NCBI GenBank assembly: GCA_019247695.1
Contig: JAFBAP010000159.1
Location: 13,265 to 77,264 of the forward strand
DNA from: Verrucomicrobiota bacterium
GTDB taxonomy: Bacteria; Verrucomicrobiota; Verrucomicrobiia; Chthoniobacterales; JAFAMB01
Direction of reading: 5' to 3'
Length of the DNA: 64,000 bases
Each line of letters opens with the position of its first letter. Position 1 is the stretch's first letter. The translations under genes were made by a program, and so were the position numbers. Shown here piece after piece: positions 18,637 through 26,867 of the stretch. The notes under the pieces are model-generated. The model saw only the letters and a program-made list of their open reading frames with translations, searched no databases and was not told the DNA's origin.

Positions 18637-19600
18637 CTCGGGGGCTAACGTCCGGCCGGCGAGGAGGCGCCGGCCGGCTAATCGCGACCGGGGAACCGGG
18701 TTCGGCGCGGCGCCCTGCCACCACGGCGAATGGTTGCAGGGCGAGTTCCAGGACGGGCCTCTTCTCATTCCCGGCCTTGTAACGGTCCCCTGCCCGCTTT
18801 TTCGGTCCCGGGCAATCTTCACCCTTACCCCGCTCTCCGCCACCATCACGGTCCGGCCCGGGACGCACGTGAAGGCCCTGAGGGCGGCGCGGCTGACCTT
18901 GCAATGGCTGCAACGGCCGCACCTGGGTGGAGAGCTCGCCATCAGAAATCGTGCGCCCGCCGGGTTTGGATTCGGGTCTTCAACGGCGGATTGTTTAAGC
19001 GCGATTCGCGCCGTCGCGTCCGCGTTTGGCCGGATTCTACCGGCCGAAACCGAAGCACGGCTGGCCATCGCCGCAGAGGGCGCGTCCGACAGCACCATGT
19101 TCGACGCAAGCCGGCCGGTCCTCTTTTCACAATGTCACGGGCGGATCCTGGAATCCTTCCGTCGCGGGTGGCCCGAGATGTTTCTCCTTGGGTTCTGCAC
19201 CAGTACCGACGGCAAAGGCGTAGACACCGCCGCGGTCCGGCGCCCCGCTTACGCCCCGGCCGAACGCCGTGAATTCGCGCGGCTCAGAGGGGATCTGCGC
19301 CGCGGCCTCGAAGGCCAGTCGGTCGAGCTGCTGGGGCGGGTCGCAGAGCGCAGCGCCGAACTCAACCATAGCTACTTTCCCGTCCCACAACTCTCTGAAT
19401 TGCAGGCGCTCGCCCGCAGCGTGGGTGCCGCCGGGATTCAGGTCGCGCATACCGGCTGCCTCGCAGGACTGATTTTTCGCAACGATGCGACTTCTGAACG
19501 CTCGATCACGACGGCGCAAGGAGGATTGGCGGCTCTGGGTATCGCGAGAACCTGGCCGTTTCGAATCGGGGAAAACGGCGCGTGTCGCAACCCGCGCTGA
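18623..19600 (+). CDS. pduX: GHMP-family kinase resembling L-threonine kinase PduX (aminopropanol-phosphate branch of B12 synthesis)
   Basis: 'HHGEWLQG', the GHMP motif 'GFGFGSSTADCLSA', 'EGASDSTMF' and 'QVAHTGCLAGLIF' parallel the PduX motifs. It overlaps the chelatase gene end by 14 nt. Confidence 0.65.
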   Translation: MKSGDSGANVRPARRRRPANRDRGTGFGAAPCHHGEWLQGEFQDGPLLIPGLVTVPCPLFRSRAIFTLTPLSATITVRPGTHVKALRAARLTLQWLQRPHLGGELAIRNRAPAGFGFGSSTADCLSAIRAVASAFGRILPAETEARLAIAAEGASDSTMFDASRPVLFSQCHGRILESFRRGWPEMFLLGFCTSTDGKGVDTAAVRRPAYAPAERREFARLRGDLRRGLEGQSVELLGRVAERSAELNHSYFPVPQLSELQALARSVGAAGIQVAHTGCLAGLIFRNDATSERSITTAQGGLAALGIARTWPFRIGENGACRNPR

Positions 19601-19920
19601 TACCATTTAGACAGTTAATCTCCGGCCGGAAGGTCCGCTGCCGATGCGATCCCTCGGGTCGGCGGTGATCCCAGATGAGGAGACGCGACCACCCGAAGAC
19701 GCGGCGGCCTGGAGCCCAAGGCCGCCGATGCCATTGTGCAGGCGGTGGCCGAGTACACCGACACCATCGCGCCGGTGAGCCGCGACTACCTGGACAAGCG
19801 CATCGCGGAAACCGACACCCGCATCGTCCACCAAGCGGCTGCGGCCTGAGGCCATGCGCCGTCGAGTTTAGAGGATGCGCCCTCTAACAGGACCAGGTAT
19901 TATTCAGTACTGCTGCAGAG

Positions 19921-20514
19921 GTGACCGCCTACCCTATGAGCACCCTTACTCAACCGCCCCCGGTCCACTTCAATGCCGTGCGCCGGTTCACCATCGAGGA
20001 ATATTATCGGTTGGTCGAGGCCGGCATCCTTGAGGAGGACGCGCGCGTTGAGCTGCTGGACGGCCAAATCATTCCCATGTCTCCGATAGGACCCAGACAC
20101 GAATGGCTGGTGAGGCAACTGCGCCGTGCTCTCGAACCGCAGCAACATGGGCGTTTTGAGACGGACAAAGGCAGGCCCTTGCCCGTCCCAGACCACGACG
20201 AGCCGGAGCCTGACCTCTTGCTCTACCGGCCTGGCGCTGCCGATCCGCAGCATCACGTGCGTCCGGCCGACGTGTTCCTAGTGGTGGAGGTCTCCCAGAC
20301 CAGCCTTGATCATGACCTTGGTTTCAAAGCCAACCTCTACCAGCGTGCCAAAATCCCGGAATATTGGGTCGTCGCCCTCGAGCACAATCACTTGCATGTG
20401 TTTACGTTAGCCGGCGACCGCTACAAAACGAGGATCGTAAGGGAAGGCAAGGTATCGCCGCAGACCTTCCCTGACGTCGAAATTGATGTGGCCGCCCTGT
20501 TCGCCGGGGCCTAG
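19921..20514 (+). CDS. Uma2-family (DUF820) putative restriction-endonuclease-like protein
   Basis: 'FTIEEYYRLVEAGIL', 'RVELLDGQIIPMSP', 'PEPDLLLY', 'VFLVVEVSQTSLDHDLGFKANLYQRAKIPEYWVV'. The start is GTG at 19921 or ATG at 19936. Confidence 0.8.
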   Translation: MTAYPMSTLTQPPPVHFNAVRRFTIEEYYRLVEAGILEEDARVELLDGQIIPMSPIGPRHEWLVRQLRRALEPQQHGRFETDKGRPLPVPDHDEPEPDLLLYRPGAADPQHHVRPADVFLVVEVSQTSLDHDLGFKANLYQRAKIPEYWVVALEHNHLHVFTLAGDRYKTRIVREGKVSPQTFPDVEIDVAALFAGA

Positions 20515-20548
20515 GCCGGCTCGGTTTTTGCCGGTTGACCGAGGGCTG

Positions 20549-20721
20549 GATCGCTGATCTATCACGCGATCGACCCGCGGATCGGTGGGGTGCTGCTGCT
20601 CGGGCCGCGGGGGAGCGCCAAGGCCACGCTCGCCCGCGGCGCGGCCGAATCGTTTAGCACGGCGCAGGGCGAGCCGGATGGAATTTGACGACGCGCCAGG
20701 GCCGTTCCCGGAGCGTTTTGC
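20549..20721 (+). pseudogene. ghost fragment of the ChlI/D-type chelatase gene (copy of 16985-17113 joined to 17497-17540)
   Basis: There is a near-identical nucleotide match (a handful of substitutions) to two non-adjacent pieces of the 16927..18636 gene, joined at a shared 'gccgg'. No complete reading frame remains. Confidence 0.85.
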
Positions 20722-20918
20722 ATCACGAGTCAGAAAAAGCAGCTCGAACGTTCGAACCGGGCTCGACTTTAATCACGGCAAATGGAATTCTCGAAAGAGA
20801 GACTCAAGCCCAGGGGTATTGCGCCGCAATTAACCTGCGATACCTTTGATAATTTCCGCAGATTTCCGCCGAAAAGCCTAGCCAATTCTCTTTTTGACCG
20901 GTATCACACGGGTCGTAC

Positions 20919-21407
20919 ATGCTGTTCGGGTTATTCTTTCTAGCCATGTCGCTCAACACGGATTCGCCGCCGCCGTCTCCGTCAGAGCCCCCGGCGCTGA
21001 ATATCACCCACGCGCAAGAGGCACAACAATCGGATGCACTGCAAATCGCTTCTTTGCTCGCCGGGCAGTTTGCCGCCTGGAATGCCAAAGACATCGATGG
21101 TTATATGCAGGTGTTTTGGCGTTCGCCGCTCCTGGTCTACGTCACCGAAGGGTCGGTCTGGACAGGTTGGGACCAGGTGAAAGCGACCGTCGAGCGCCAG
21201 TATCCGGAAAAGAACAATATGGGGCACGCCGTCCTGGAACGCCTTCAAACAAACATCGTCTCGCCTGAAACGGCAACCACGATTGAGTGGTGGACGGTCT
21301 ATTTTCCAGCGGCGAAGGTTCACGGATTCAGCACTTCGACTTGGCGCAAGTTTCCCGAGGGCTGGCGCGTAATCGAAACCCACACCAGCACCTTGGAAGT
21401 CCCTTAG
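20919..21407 (+). CDS. SnoaL-like / DUF4440 (NTF2-fold) protein with a hydrophobic N-terminus
   Basis: 'FAAWNAKDIDGYMQVFW' and 'STWRKFPEGWRVIETH' are typical of NTF2-like DUF4440 proteins. The N-terminus 'MLFGLFFLAMSL' is signal-like. Confidence 0.6.
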   Translation: MLFGLFFLAMSLNTDSPPPSPSEPPALNITHAQEAQQSDALQIASLLAGQFAAWNAKDIDGYMQVFWRSPLLVYVTEGSVWTGWDQVKATVERQYPEKNNMGHAVLERLQTNIVSPETATTIEWWTVYFPAAKVHGFSTSTWRKFPEGWRVIETHTSTLEVP

Positions 21408-21477
21408 GCGCAACCAACCGTTGCGCCATTGAACTCATACAGAGGACGCAGCCGAAGCGAGCATCGTCGGCCCGTGC

Positions 21478-21741
21478 TCAGGCCAGGGTGGCGGTCGCCT
21501 TTCGCGGCAATGGCACCGCCCAGGCCAGCGTGGCGGTCGCCTTCCGCGGCAATGGCACCGCCCAGGCCAGCGTGGCGGTCGCCTTTCGCGGCAATGGCAC
21601 CGCCCAGGCCAGCGTGGTTGACTCTACGCGCGGGTGCCATGCTCCTGCCTCAGCTCCCGGTTTGGAGGATGCCGTGAATGGCGCCAAGCTGGGGTGGATG
21701 GCGGAAACCGCAACGATAAGAATGAGAATGGTCTTTTTCAT
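21478..21741 (-). CDS. possible small secreted protein with three 14-aa tandem repeats (TLAWAVPLPRKATA)
   Basis: The ATG at 21741 is preceded by 'aagaggggga' (SD-like). The N-terminus 'MKKTILILIVAVSAIHPSLA' looks like a signal peptide. The repeat period is 42 bp (14 codons). There are competing ORFs on the + strand, so coding status is uncertain. Confidence 0.35.
   Translation of the reverse strand: MKKTILILIVAVSAIHPSLAPFTASSKPGAEAGAWHPRVESTTLAWAVPLPRKATATLAWAVPLPRKATATLAWAVPLPRKATATLA
21479..21617. repeat. 42-bp tandem direct repeat, 3.3 copies
   Basis: The units at 21479-21520, 21521-21562 and 21563-21604 differ by 1-2 nt ('caggccagcgtggcggtcgcctttcgcggcaatggcaccgcc'). A partial fourth unit runs to 21617. 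Confidence 0.95.
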
Positions 21742-22160
21742 TCCCCCTCTTATCGTGCATTCCCGTGAGGCGAATATAGCAGAAAGTAGCGAGCATCTTA
21801 GAAAATATTACAATGATGGAAAGATGGCGTTAAAATCTCCTGACTTGCGCTTTGTAAGTGTTTTAAATTCTTGCGTTAAATTATACTGTTTTTGGCGAAT
21901 CTGAGAGTGCCCATTTCAAAAAGGCCGGTACGCCCGGCTTGCCTCACGCTGGGGGGCGGGAAAGCGCCTGAGCGGCGGCACATACCTCGACTTACGATGC
22001 AAATGCAATCTAGTGGATATAGATATTATCGATGATTTGATCTCCATGGCTTATGATCTTTAGTTACAATAAATTTAAGGTATAGCGCCTTTTGAGACCC
22101 TTCCACGCACCTGACGGGGTTCGCCCGCCGCTGGTTGCGCACCGGCGCCCAGGCAGCTGA

Positions 22161-22967
22161 TCAGGAACCGGGTGTGGAAGCCGGCATTGGCGCCGGAGAT
22201 GAACCGGGTGTGGAGGCCGGAGGCGGCGGGGAGGGGGACGGCGTCGATACGGGCGTGGTCCAGGCAGCATTCCGTTTTGCCAGGTCGAGGCCGACTTGGC
22301 GCAGGGCAGCTTCAAAGTACAGGCACCGGCCGTCCGGGTAATATTTGTGGGCGGTCGCCACGTAGTGTTCGACCTGGGGCCAATTTCCCTTTCGAAACCA
22401 ATCCGCGGCCCGGGCGTAGTAATAAGCCGGTGTCTTGCCCGGAATCGGGATGATGTCCGTCACAGTTTTTGCGTTCGCCTCATCACCCAGGAGGAGGTAG
22501 CAAATCGCGATTTTGAACTGCAGGACTTCCGATGAGTGATCCACGCTCTGGAGCTCCTGGTAACGCTGCAGGGCTTCCGGCACGTCACCGTGCAGCCACG
22601 CCAGCTCCGCCAGGTTGAATTTGGCCGGGTAAAAGTTGGGATCGATCGCGATAGCCTGATGATACTTCTCGGCGGCTTCGTCGTAACGCTGTTCACGCGT
22701 CAGCAAGACGCCGCGCAGGTTCGGGATCTCCGCCGCGTTCGGCTGCAATCTTCCGGCGGCCTCGATCTGCTTTTCCGCTTCGGCGAACTTGCCCGCCTGG
22801 ATGGCCTTATAGGCCTGATCGACCGCCAGGTTAAACTTCGCGTTGCTCGAGTCAGCGGCCCGGGCCGCGCCCAACCCCATCAACAGCAAGCAAAAGAAGA
22901 GTGCCGGGTACCGGGTAAACCGGTGCCTGTGAAGTGCGGAATGAAGGAACCGATGCCTCGAATTCAT
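22161..22967 (-). CDS. TPR-repeat protein with a signal peptide and a Pro/Ser/Thr-rich C-terminal tail
   Basis: 'ALFFCLLLMGLGAARA' is signal-like. TPR-like 'NLRGVLLTREQRYDEAAEKYHQAIAIDPNFYPAKFNLAEL'. The tail is 'TPVSTPSPSPPPPASTPGSSPAPMPASTPGS'. The start is ATG at 22967, or GTG at 22994 in the ORF track. Confidence 0.7.
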   Translation of the reverse strand: MNSRHRFLHSALHRHRFTRYPALFFCLLLMGLGAARAADSSNAKFNLAVDQAYKAIQAGKFAEAEKQIEAAGRLQPNAAEIPNLRGVLLTREQRYDEAAEKYHQAIAIDPNFYPAKFNLAELAWLHGDVPEALQRYQELQSVDHSSEVLQFKIAICYLLLGDEANAKTVTDIIPIPGKTPAYYYARAADWFRKGNWPQVEHYVATAHKYYPDGRCLYFEAALRQVGLDLAKRNAAWTTPVSTPSPSPPPPASTPGSSPAPMPASTPGS

Positions 22968-23008
22968 TTCCGGCCGTCCTTTATGGGATGGCACGCGGCG
23001 TAGCCCTT

Positions 23009-23053
23009 CTTCATTTGTGGCATTTTTCCGCTTGTGGCATTTGTGGCATTCTT
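23009..23053. repeat. solo TTGTGGCAT word module (family A component)
   Basis: 'cttcatttgtggcatttttccgcttgtggcatttgtggcattct' is identical to 43377-43421. It lies between the aroG-like stop and the TPR gene start. Confidence 0.9.
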
Positions 23054-23055
23054 CT

Positions 23056-24069
23056 TCAGAGGGAACGGCCTACCGCCTCGGCGACGCGCCGGATCCGGGT
23101 CAGCAGGTCCTCGAATTCATGCGGCCGCAGCGATTGTTCGCCGTCACTCTTGGCGCGTTCGGGTTCATGATGCACCTCAAGCATCAGGGCGTCCGCACCG
23201 GCTGCCACCGCGGCCAGCGCCATGGCCGGGACAAATTCGCGTACGCCAACGCCGTGCGTGGGATCGACCACCACCGGCAGGTGCGTCTCGGCCTTCAGCA
23301 CCGGCACGGCGTTCAGGTCGAGGGTGTTGCGGGTCATCGTTTCAAAAGTGCGGATCCCGCGTTCGCAGAGCAGAACGTTGAAATTGCCTTCGCTCAGAAT
23401 GTACTCCGCGCTCATCAGGAGATCCTTGATGCTCGCAGCCATTCCGCGCTTCAACATCACGGGGAGATTCGTACGGCCGACCTCGCGCAGCAGGGAAAAG
23501 TTCTGCATGTTGCGCGCACCGATCTGGAGGCAGTCGGCGTAAGCGGCCACCAACTCCAGATCTTTGGTGTCCATCACCTCGGTGATGATCGGCATGCCGG
23601 TGAGTTCACGCGCCTCGTGCAGGAACTGCAGACCGACCTTGCCGAGCCCTTGAAAACTGTACGGCGAGGTTCTGGGTTTGAAAGCGCCGCCGCGCAGGAC
23701 CTTCGCCCCGGCTTTCGCCACGCTTCGAGCGATCAAGGTAATCTGCTCGTAGCTTTCCACCGAACACGGCCCGGCCATTATTACCACCTCCGGTGTCCCA
23801 ATCGTCACCGGCCCTACTTTGACGTGGGAGGGCGTACCCCGGAATTCGTAGGAGACCAGTTTGTAGGGTTTCAGCACCGGCATCACCGATTCGACACCAG
23901 GAAAGGCGCCGAGCGGTTTCTCACGGATTTTGTCTTCCGGGCCGATCACCCCGATAACCACCCGGAGCACACCCCGGCTGACTTCGGTTTTGAGGCCCCA
24001 CCGACGGACGGAATCGACGATATGTTCGATCTGTGCCTCGGTTGCGTCCGGACGTGTGATGATAATCAT
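23056..24069 (-). CDS. 3-deoxy-7-phosphoheptulonate (DAHP) synthase, type I-beta with an N-terminal regulatory (ferredoxin-like) domain
   Basis: It aligns from '[18 protein letters not shown]' with the Thermotoga-type DAHPS. 'MAGPCSVES', '[19 protein letters not shown]', '[11 protein letters not shown]', '[10 protein letters not shown]', 'VVVDPTH'. The ORF-track start at 24198 adds an unconserved 43-aa extension. Confidence 0.85.
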   Translation of the reverse strand: MIIITRPDATEAQIEHIVDSVRRWGLKTEVSRGVLRVVIGVIGPEDKIREKPLGAFPGVESVMPVLKPYKLVSYEFRGTPSHVKVGPVTIGTPEVVIMAGPCSVESYEQITLIARSVAKAGAKVLRGGAFKPRTSPYSFQGLGKVGLQFLHEARELTGMPIITEVMDTKDLELVAAYADCLQIGARNMQNFSLLREVGRTNLPVMLKRGMAASIKDLLMSAEYILSEGNFNVLLCERGIRTFETMTRNTLDLNAVPVLKAETHLPVVVDPTHGVGVREFVPAMALAAVAAGADALMLEVHHEPERAKSDGEQSLRPHEFEDLLTRIRRVAEAVGRSL

Positions 24070-24453
24070 GGCAGAAGCGGTTGGGTGGAGGGTTGGATGG
24101 GAGGTGGTGGAAGACGTTCGATTGACGGGAAGCGCCCGGCGGGCACCTGCTGCCGGTGCGTCGAGAATGGTGGGAGTAGACCGTGAAAAAGGGTGCATAG
24201 CCGGGGAGTCCAGCGTTCAACCTGAAAAGTGCTCGAAAAAGAAGCGGGGGTTGAACGCTTAGTTAAAGCGCCAATAAAAGAAAAAATAACCGGCGTAACC
24301 AAAAGGCTGCGAAGTGCCAACTTGGTAACGACGGTTCATGACGATGGATACACCTTTAGCCGAATCGTTTTCAGTTGCCAACGGAATTCTGACCTGAAAT
24401 CCGGATTCGTTCGCGTGATCGACCCGCAACGCCGGACAACGCCACCCGGCACG

Positions 24454-25524
24454 CTACAGGCCCAGCAAGCGGCGTTGCCAGCCCATCAGGACGGCATCAA
24501 TGCTTTCCGGTTCACGGATCAAACGCTCGAGCGCCTGCCGGGGCGCCAGCACGCCCGGGTCAAGTTCCAGTTTGCTCGCGATCCGGTCGCGGTGCTGGCG
24601 CAGATCCTCGAACCGCTTCTCCTGCTCAGGGGTCGGCCGCGTCCGGATCACCGGTTCGCGCTGCGGCCAGGCGTCCTCAGGCAGCTCCAGGGCCTTGTGC
24701 AGCGTCGCATAAAGTCGTTTGCGGCGGCCGGCAGGAAGGTGATGCGGAAGGTTCACCCGCCCTTGAGTGGCGCCCTGGGAGACTTCCACCATTTCTTCAT
24801 TCCGGAGAATCTGGAACGTCGGGCGGTCGGCCTGCTCGGCTTCTTCCTCGCGCCAGAACCAGAGCGCGCGCAATACCGCCAGAGCACGCCCTCGCAACAC
24901 GGAACTGCCGCTCACCTTCCATGCTTTCTCCGGATCACGTTCCCGATCTTCGCTGGCCGCGGCGACGGCTCGGGCACAACTCTCTTCAAACCAGGACCAG
25001 CGTCCCAATTCACCTAATTGCGCGCTGATGCGTTCGGCCATCGGAAGCAGGTAGCGCGTATCGTTCATGGCGTATGACACCATGGTGGCGGTGAGCGGAC
25101 GGCGCGCCCAGTTCGCCTTTTGCGAAGTTTTGGGCAGATCGACGCCGAAGTACCGCTGGACCAGCGAGGCCAGCCCGACCTCCTTCAGCCCGAGCAGCCG
25201 GGCGCCCAGGTAAGTGTCAAACACGCTGCCCGGAGTAAACTGGATCCCTCGACGCAACATCCGCAAATCGTAGTCACACCCGTGCAGCACGACGGTTCGC
25301 GCGCCCAGCATGGCGTTGAACGCGCTGAAATCCATCCGGACAAGCGGGTCGATCAGCAGGGTCGCGTCCACCGTGCTCATCTGGATGAGGCACAGCTTTT
25401 CCCGGTAACAATGCAAACTGTCGCCCTCGGTGTCGACCGCGACCGGATTGCTTTGGGAGCACGCCTTCACCCACGCGTCCAGTGCCGCGTGGTCAGAGAT
25501 GATGGCGCCGTCGAAATCGGTCAT
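24454..25524 (-). CDS. rnd: ribonuclease D (3'-5' exonuclease plus HRDC domain)
   Basis: 'VAVDTEGDSLHCYREKLCLIQMS', 'VLHGCDYDLRML', 'YAMNDTRYL', and a C-terminal HRDC-like region. Confidence 0.8.
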   Translation of the reverse strand: MTDFDGAIISDHAALDAWVKACSQSNPVAVDTEGDSLHCYREKLCLIQMSTVDATLLIDPLVRMDFSAFNAMLGARTVVLHGCDYDLRMLRRGIQFTPGSVFDTYLGARLLGLKEVGLASLVQRYFGVDLPKTSQKANWARRPLTATMVSYAMNDTRYLLPMAERISAQLGELGRWSWFEESCARAVAAASEDRERDPEKAWKVSGSSVLRGRALAVLRALWFWREEEAEQADRPTFQILRNEEMVEVSQGATQGRVNLPHHLPAGRRKRLYATLHKALELPEDAWPQREPVIRTRPTPEQEKRFEDLRQHRDRIASKLELDPGVLAPRQALERLIREPESIDAVLMGWQRRLLGL

Positions 25525-25526
25525 CC

Positions 25527-26867
25527 TCAGCGCAATGCGGTCAGCAGCAGCTCCGCGTTGGACCTGGTCGCCTTCAAGGTTTGCAGAAATACTTCCATCG
25601 CCTCGATGGCGGGTAGTTGCGCCAGCCTCTTACGAAGCATGCTGACCCGTTGAAATTCATCCGGATGGTACAACAGGTCATCCCGACGGGTTCCCGATTT
25701 AAGGATGTGGATCGCCGGGTAAACCCGTTTTTCGACCAGGGTACGATCGAGGTGGAGCTCCATGTTACCGGTGCCCTTGAACTCCTCGAAAATCACCTCA
25801 TCCATGCGGCTTTCCGTCTCAACCAGGGCGGTTGCCAGGATGGTGAGGCTGCCTCCCTCTTCGACGTTGCGGGCCGCGCCGAAAAACTTTTTGGGTTTGA
25901 GCAGGGCCTTAGCCTCCACCCCGCCCGACATGATCCGGCCTTTGCCCGGCTGGAGCGCGTTATAACCCCGGGCCAAACGGGTGATGCTGTCGAGCAGAAT
26001 AACCACGTCCTTCTTCAGTTCGACCAGCCGTCTGGCGCGTTCACTGACCAGCTCGGCGACCTGAACGTGCCGGGTCGGCGGCTCATCGAAGGTGGAGCTG
26101 AAAATTTCGCAATCCAGGCACTGCTTGAGATCGGTCACCTCTTCGGGCCGCTCATCGACAAGCAGGACGATCAAGTGGATCTCCGGAGCGTTCGCCCGGA
26201 TGGCCATGGCGATCTCTTTGAGCAGGATCGTCTTGCCGGTCCGAGGCGCCGCGACGATCAATCCGCGCTGCCCGCGACCCAGGGGGGCGATAAGGTCGAC
26301 CGCGCGCGCGCTCACGCTCTTGGTCTTCTGGTTTTCCAGCAGGATCCGCCGGTCCGGGAAAAGGGCGGTCAGCTGGTCAAAGTGTTTGGGTTCCTGCCAC
26401 GTCTCGACCGGGATCCCCTCAATGCTGATGACCTGGTCGAGGGCCATAAATTTCTCCTTCTCCCGCGGGGGGCGCAGGGTGCCGCGCACCTTGTGACCGG
26501 CCCGGATCGCGTGCTTTTTGAGAAGGTTGGGCGCAACGTAAACGTCTTCCGGGCAAGGCGTAAAGCTGTAACGCTCCCACCTCAGAAAACCGTGCGTTTC
26601 ATTCGACAGCTCGAGCATACCCTCGGCCATCAGGGTGATGCCGCGGCTGCCGTAAGCACGGAGCAGGTCAAAGATCAGCTGGTGGCGGGTGCGTTCGTGC
26701 GATGCCCTCAGGCCGAGTTCCCGCGCCAAATCCACCAACGCGGGGTGATTCAGCCGGTGCAGTTGGTCCAGCTCCAATATCGAGCCGTTGCCGGTAAGGA
26801 ACTGCGCGCCCGGCATCACGCCCGGCTCAACTTGCTGCTGCTCCTCCATAACGTTTGTTGAGTTCAC
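25527..26867 (-). CDS. rho: transcription termination factor Rho
   Basis: '[29 protein letters not shown]', '[13 protein letters not shown]', '[11 protein letters not shown]', '[27 protein letters not shown]'. Start ambiguous (26867 or 26849); the longer form overlaps coaE. Confidence 0.95.
   Translation of the reverse strand: MNSTNVMEEQQQVEPGVMPGAQFLTGNGSILELDQLHRLNHPALVDLARELGLRASHERTRHQLIFDLLRAYGSRGITLMAEGMLELSNETHGFLRWERYSFTPCPEDVYVAPNLLKKHAIRAGHKVRGTLRPPREKEKFMALDQVISIEGIPVETWQEPKHFDQLTALFPDRRILLENQKTKSVSARAVDLIAPLGRGQRGLIVAAPRTGKTILLKEIAMAIRANAPEIHLIVLLVDERPEEVTDLKQCLDCEIFSSTFDEPPTRHVQVAELVSERARRLVELKKDVVILLDSITRLARGYNALQPGKGRIMSGGVEAKALLKPKKFFGAARNVEEGGSLTILATALVETESRMDEVIFEEFKGTGNMELHLDRTLVEKRVYPAIHILKSGTRRDDLLYHPDEFQRVSMLRKRLAQLPAIEAMEVFLQTLKATRSNAELLLTALR

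Noticed and set aside
20585-20833. An 82-aa ORF 'MGCCCSGRGGAPRPRSPAARPN...'.
   Set aside because: It is an out-of-frame reading of the chelatase ghost fragment. The identical peptide start appears at 17021 inside the intact gene, so it is an artefact of duplicated DNA.
24199-24453. The intergenic region between rnd and the DAHP synthase gene, with a hairpin 'agcgttcaacc...ggttgaacgct' (about 24211-24258), considered as a tRNA, riboswitch or leader.
   Set aside because: There is no tRNA cloverleaf or T-loop motif (GGTTCRAnYC). The stem encloses a 26-nt loop and matches no riboswitch core that I recognise. It may simply be the rnd terminator or the aro promoter region.
26827-26867. The 41-nt overlap of coaE and rho, considered as a programmed overlap.
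   Set aside because: Rho has in-frame alternative ATG starts 6 and 18 codons downstream (26849 removes about half of the overlap), so the overlap is most simply a start-codon annotation ambiguity.
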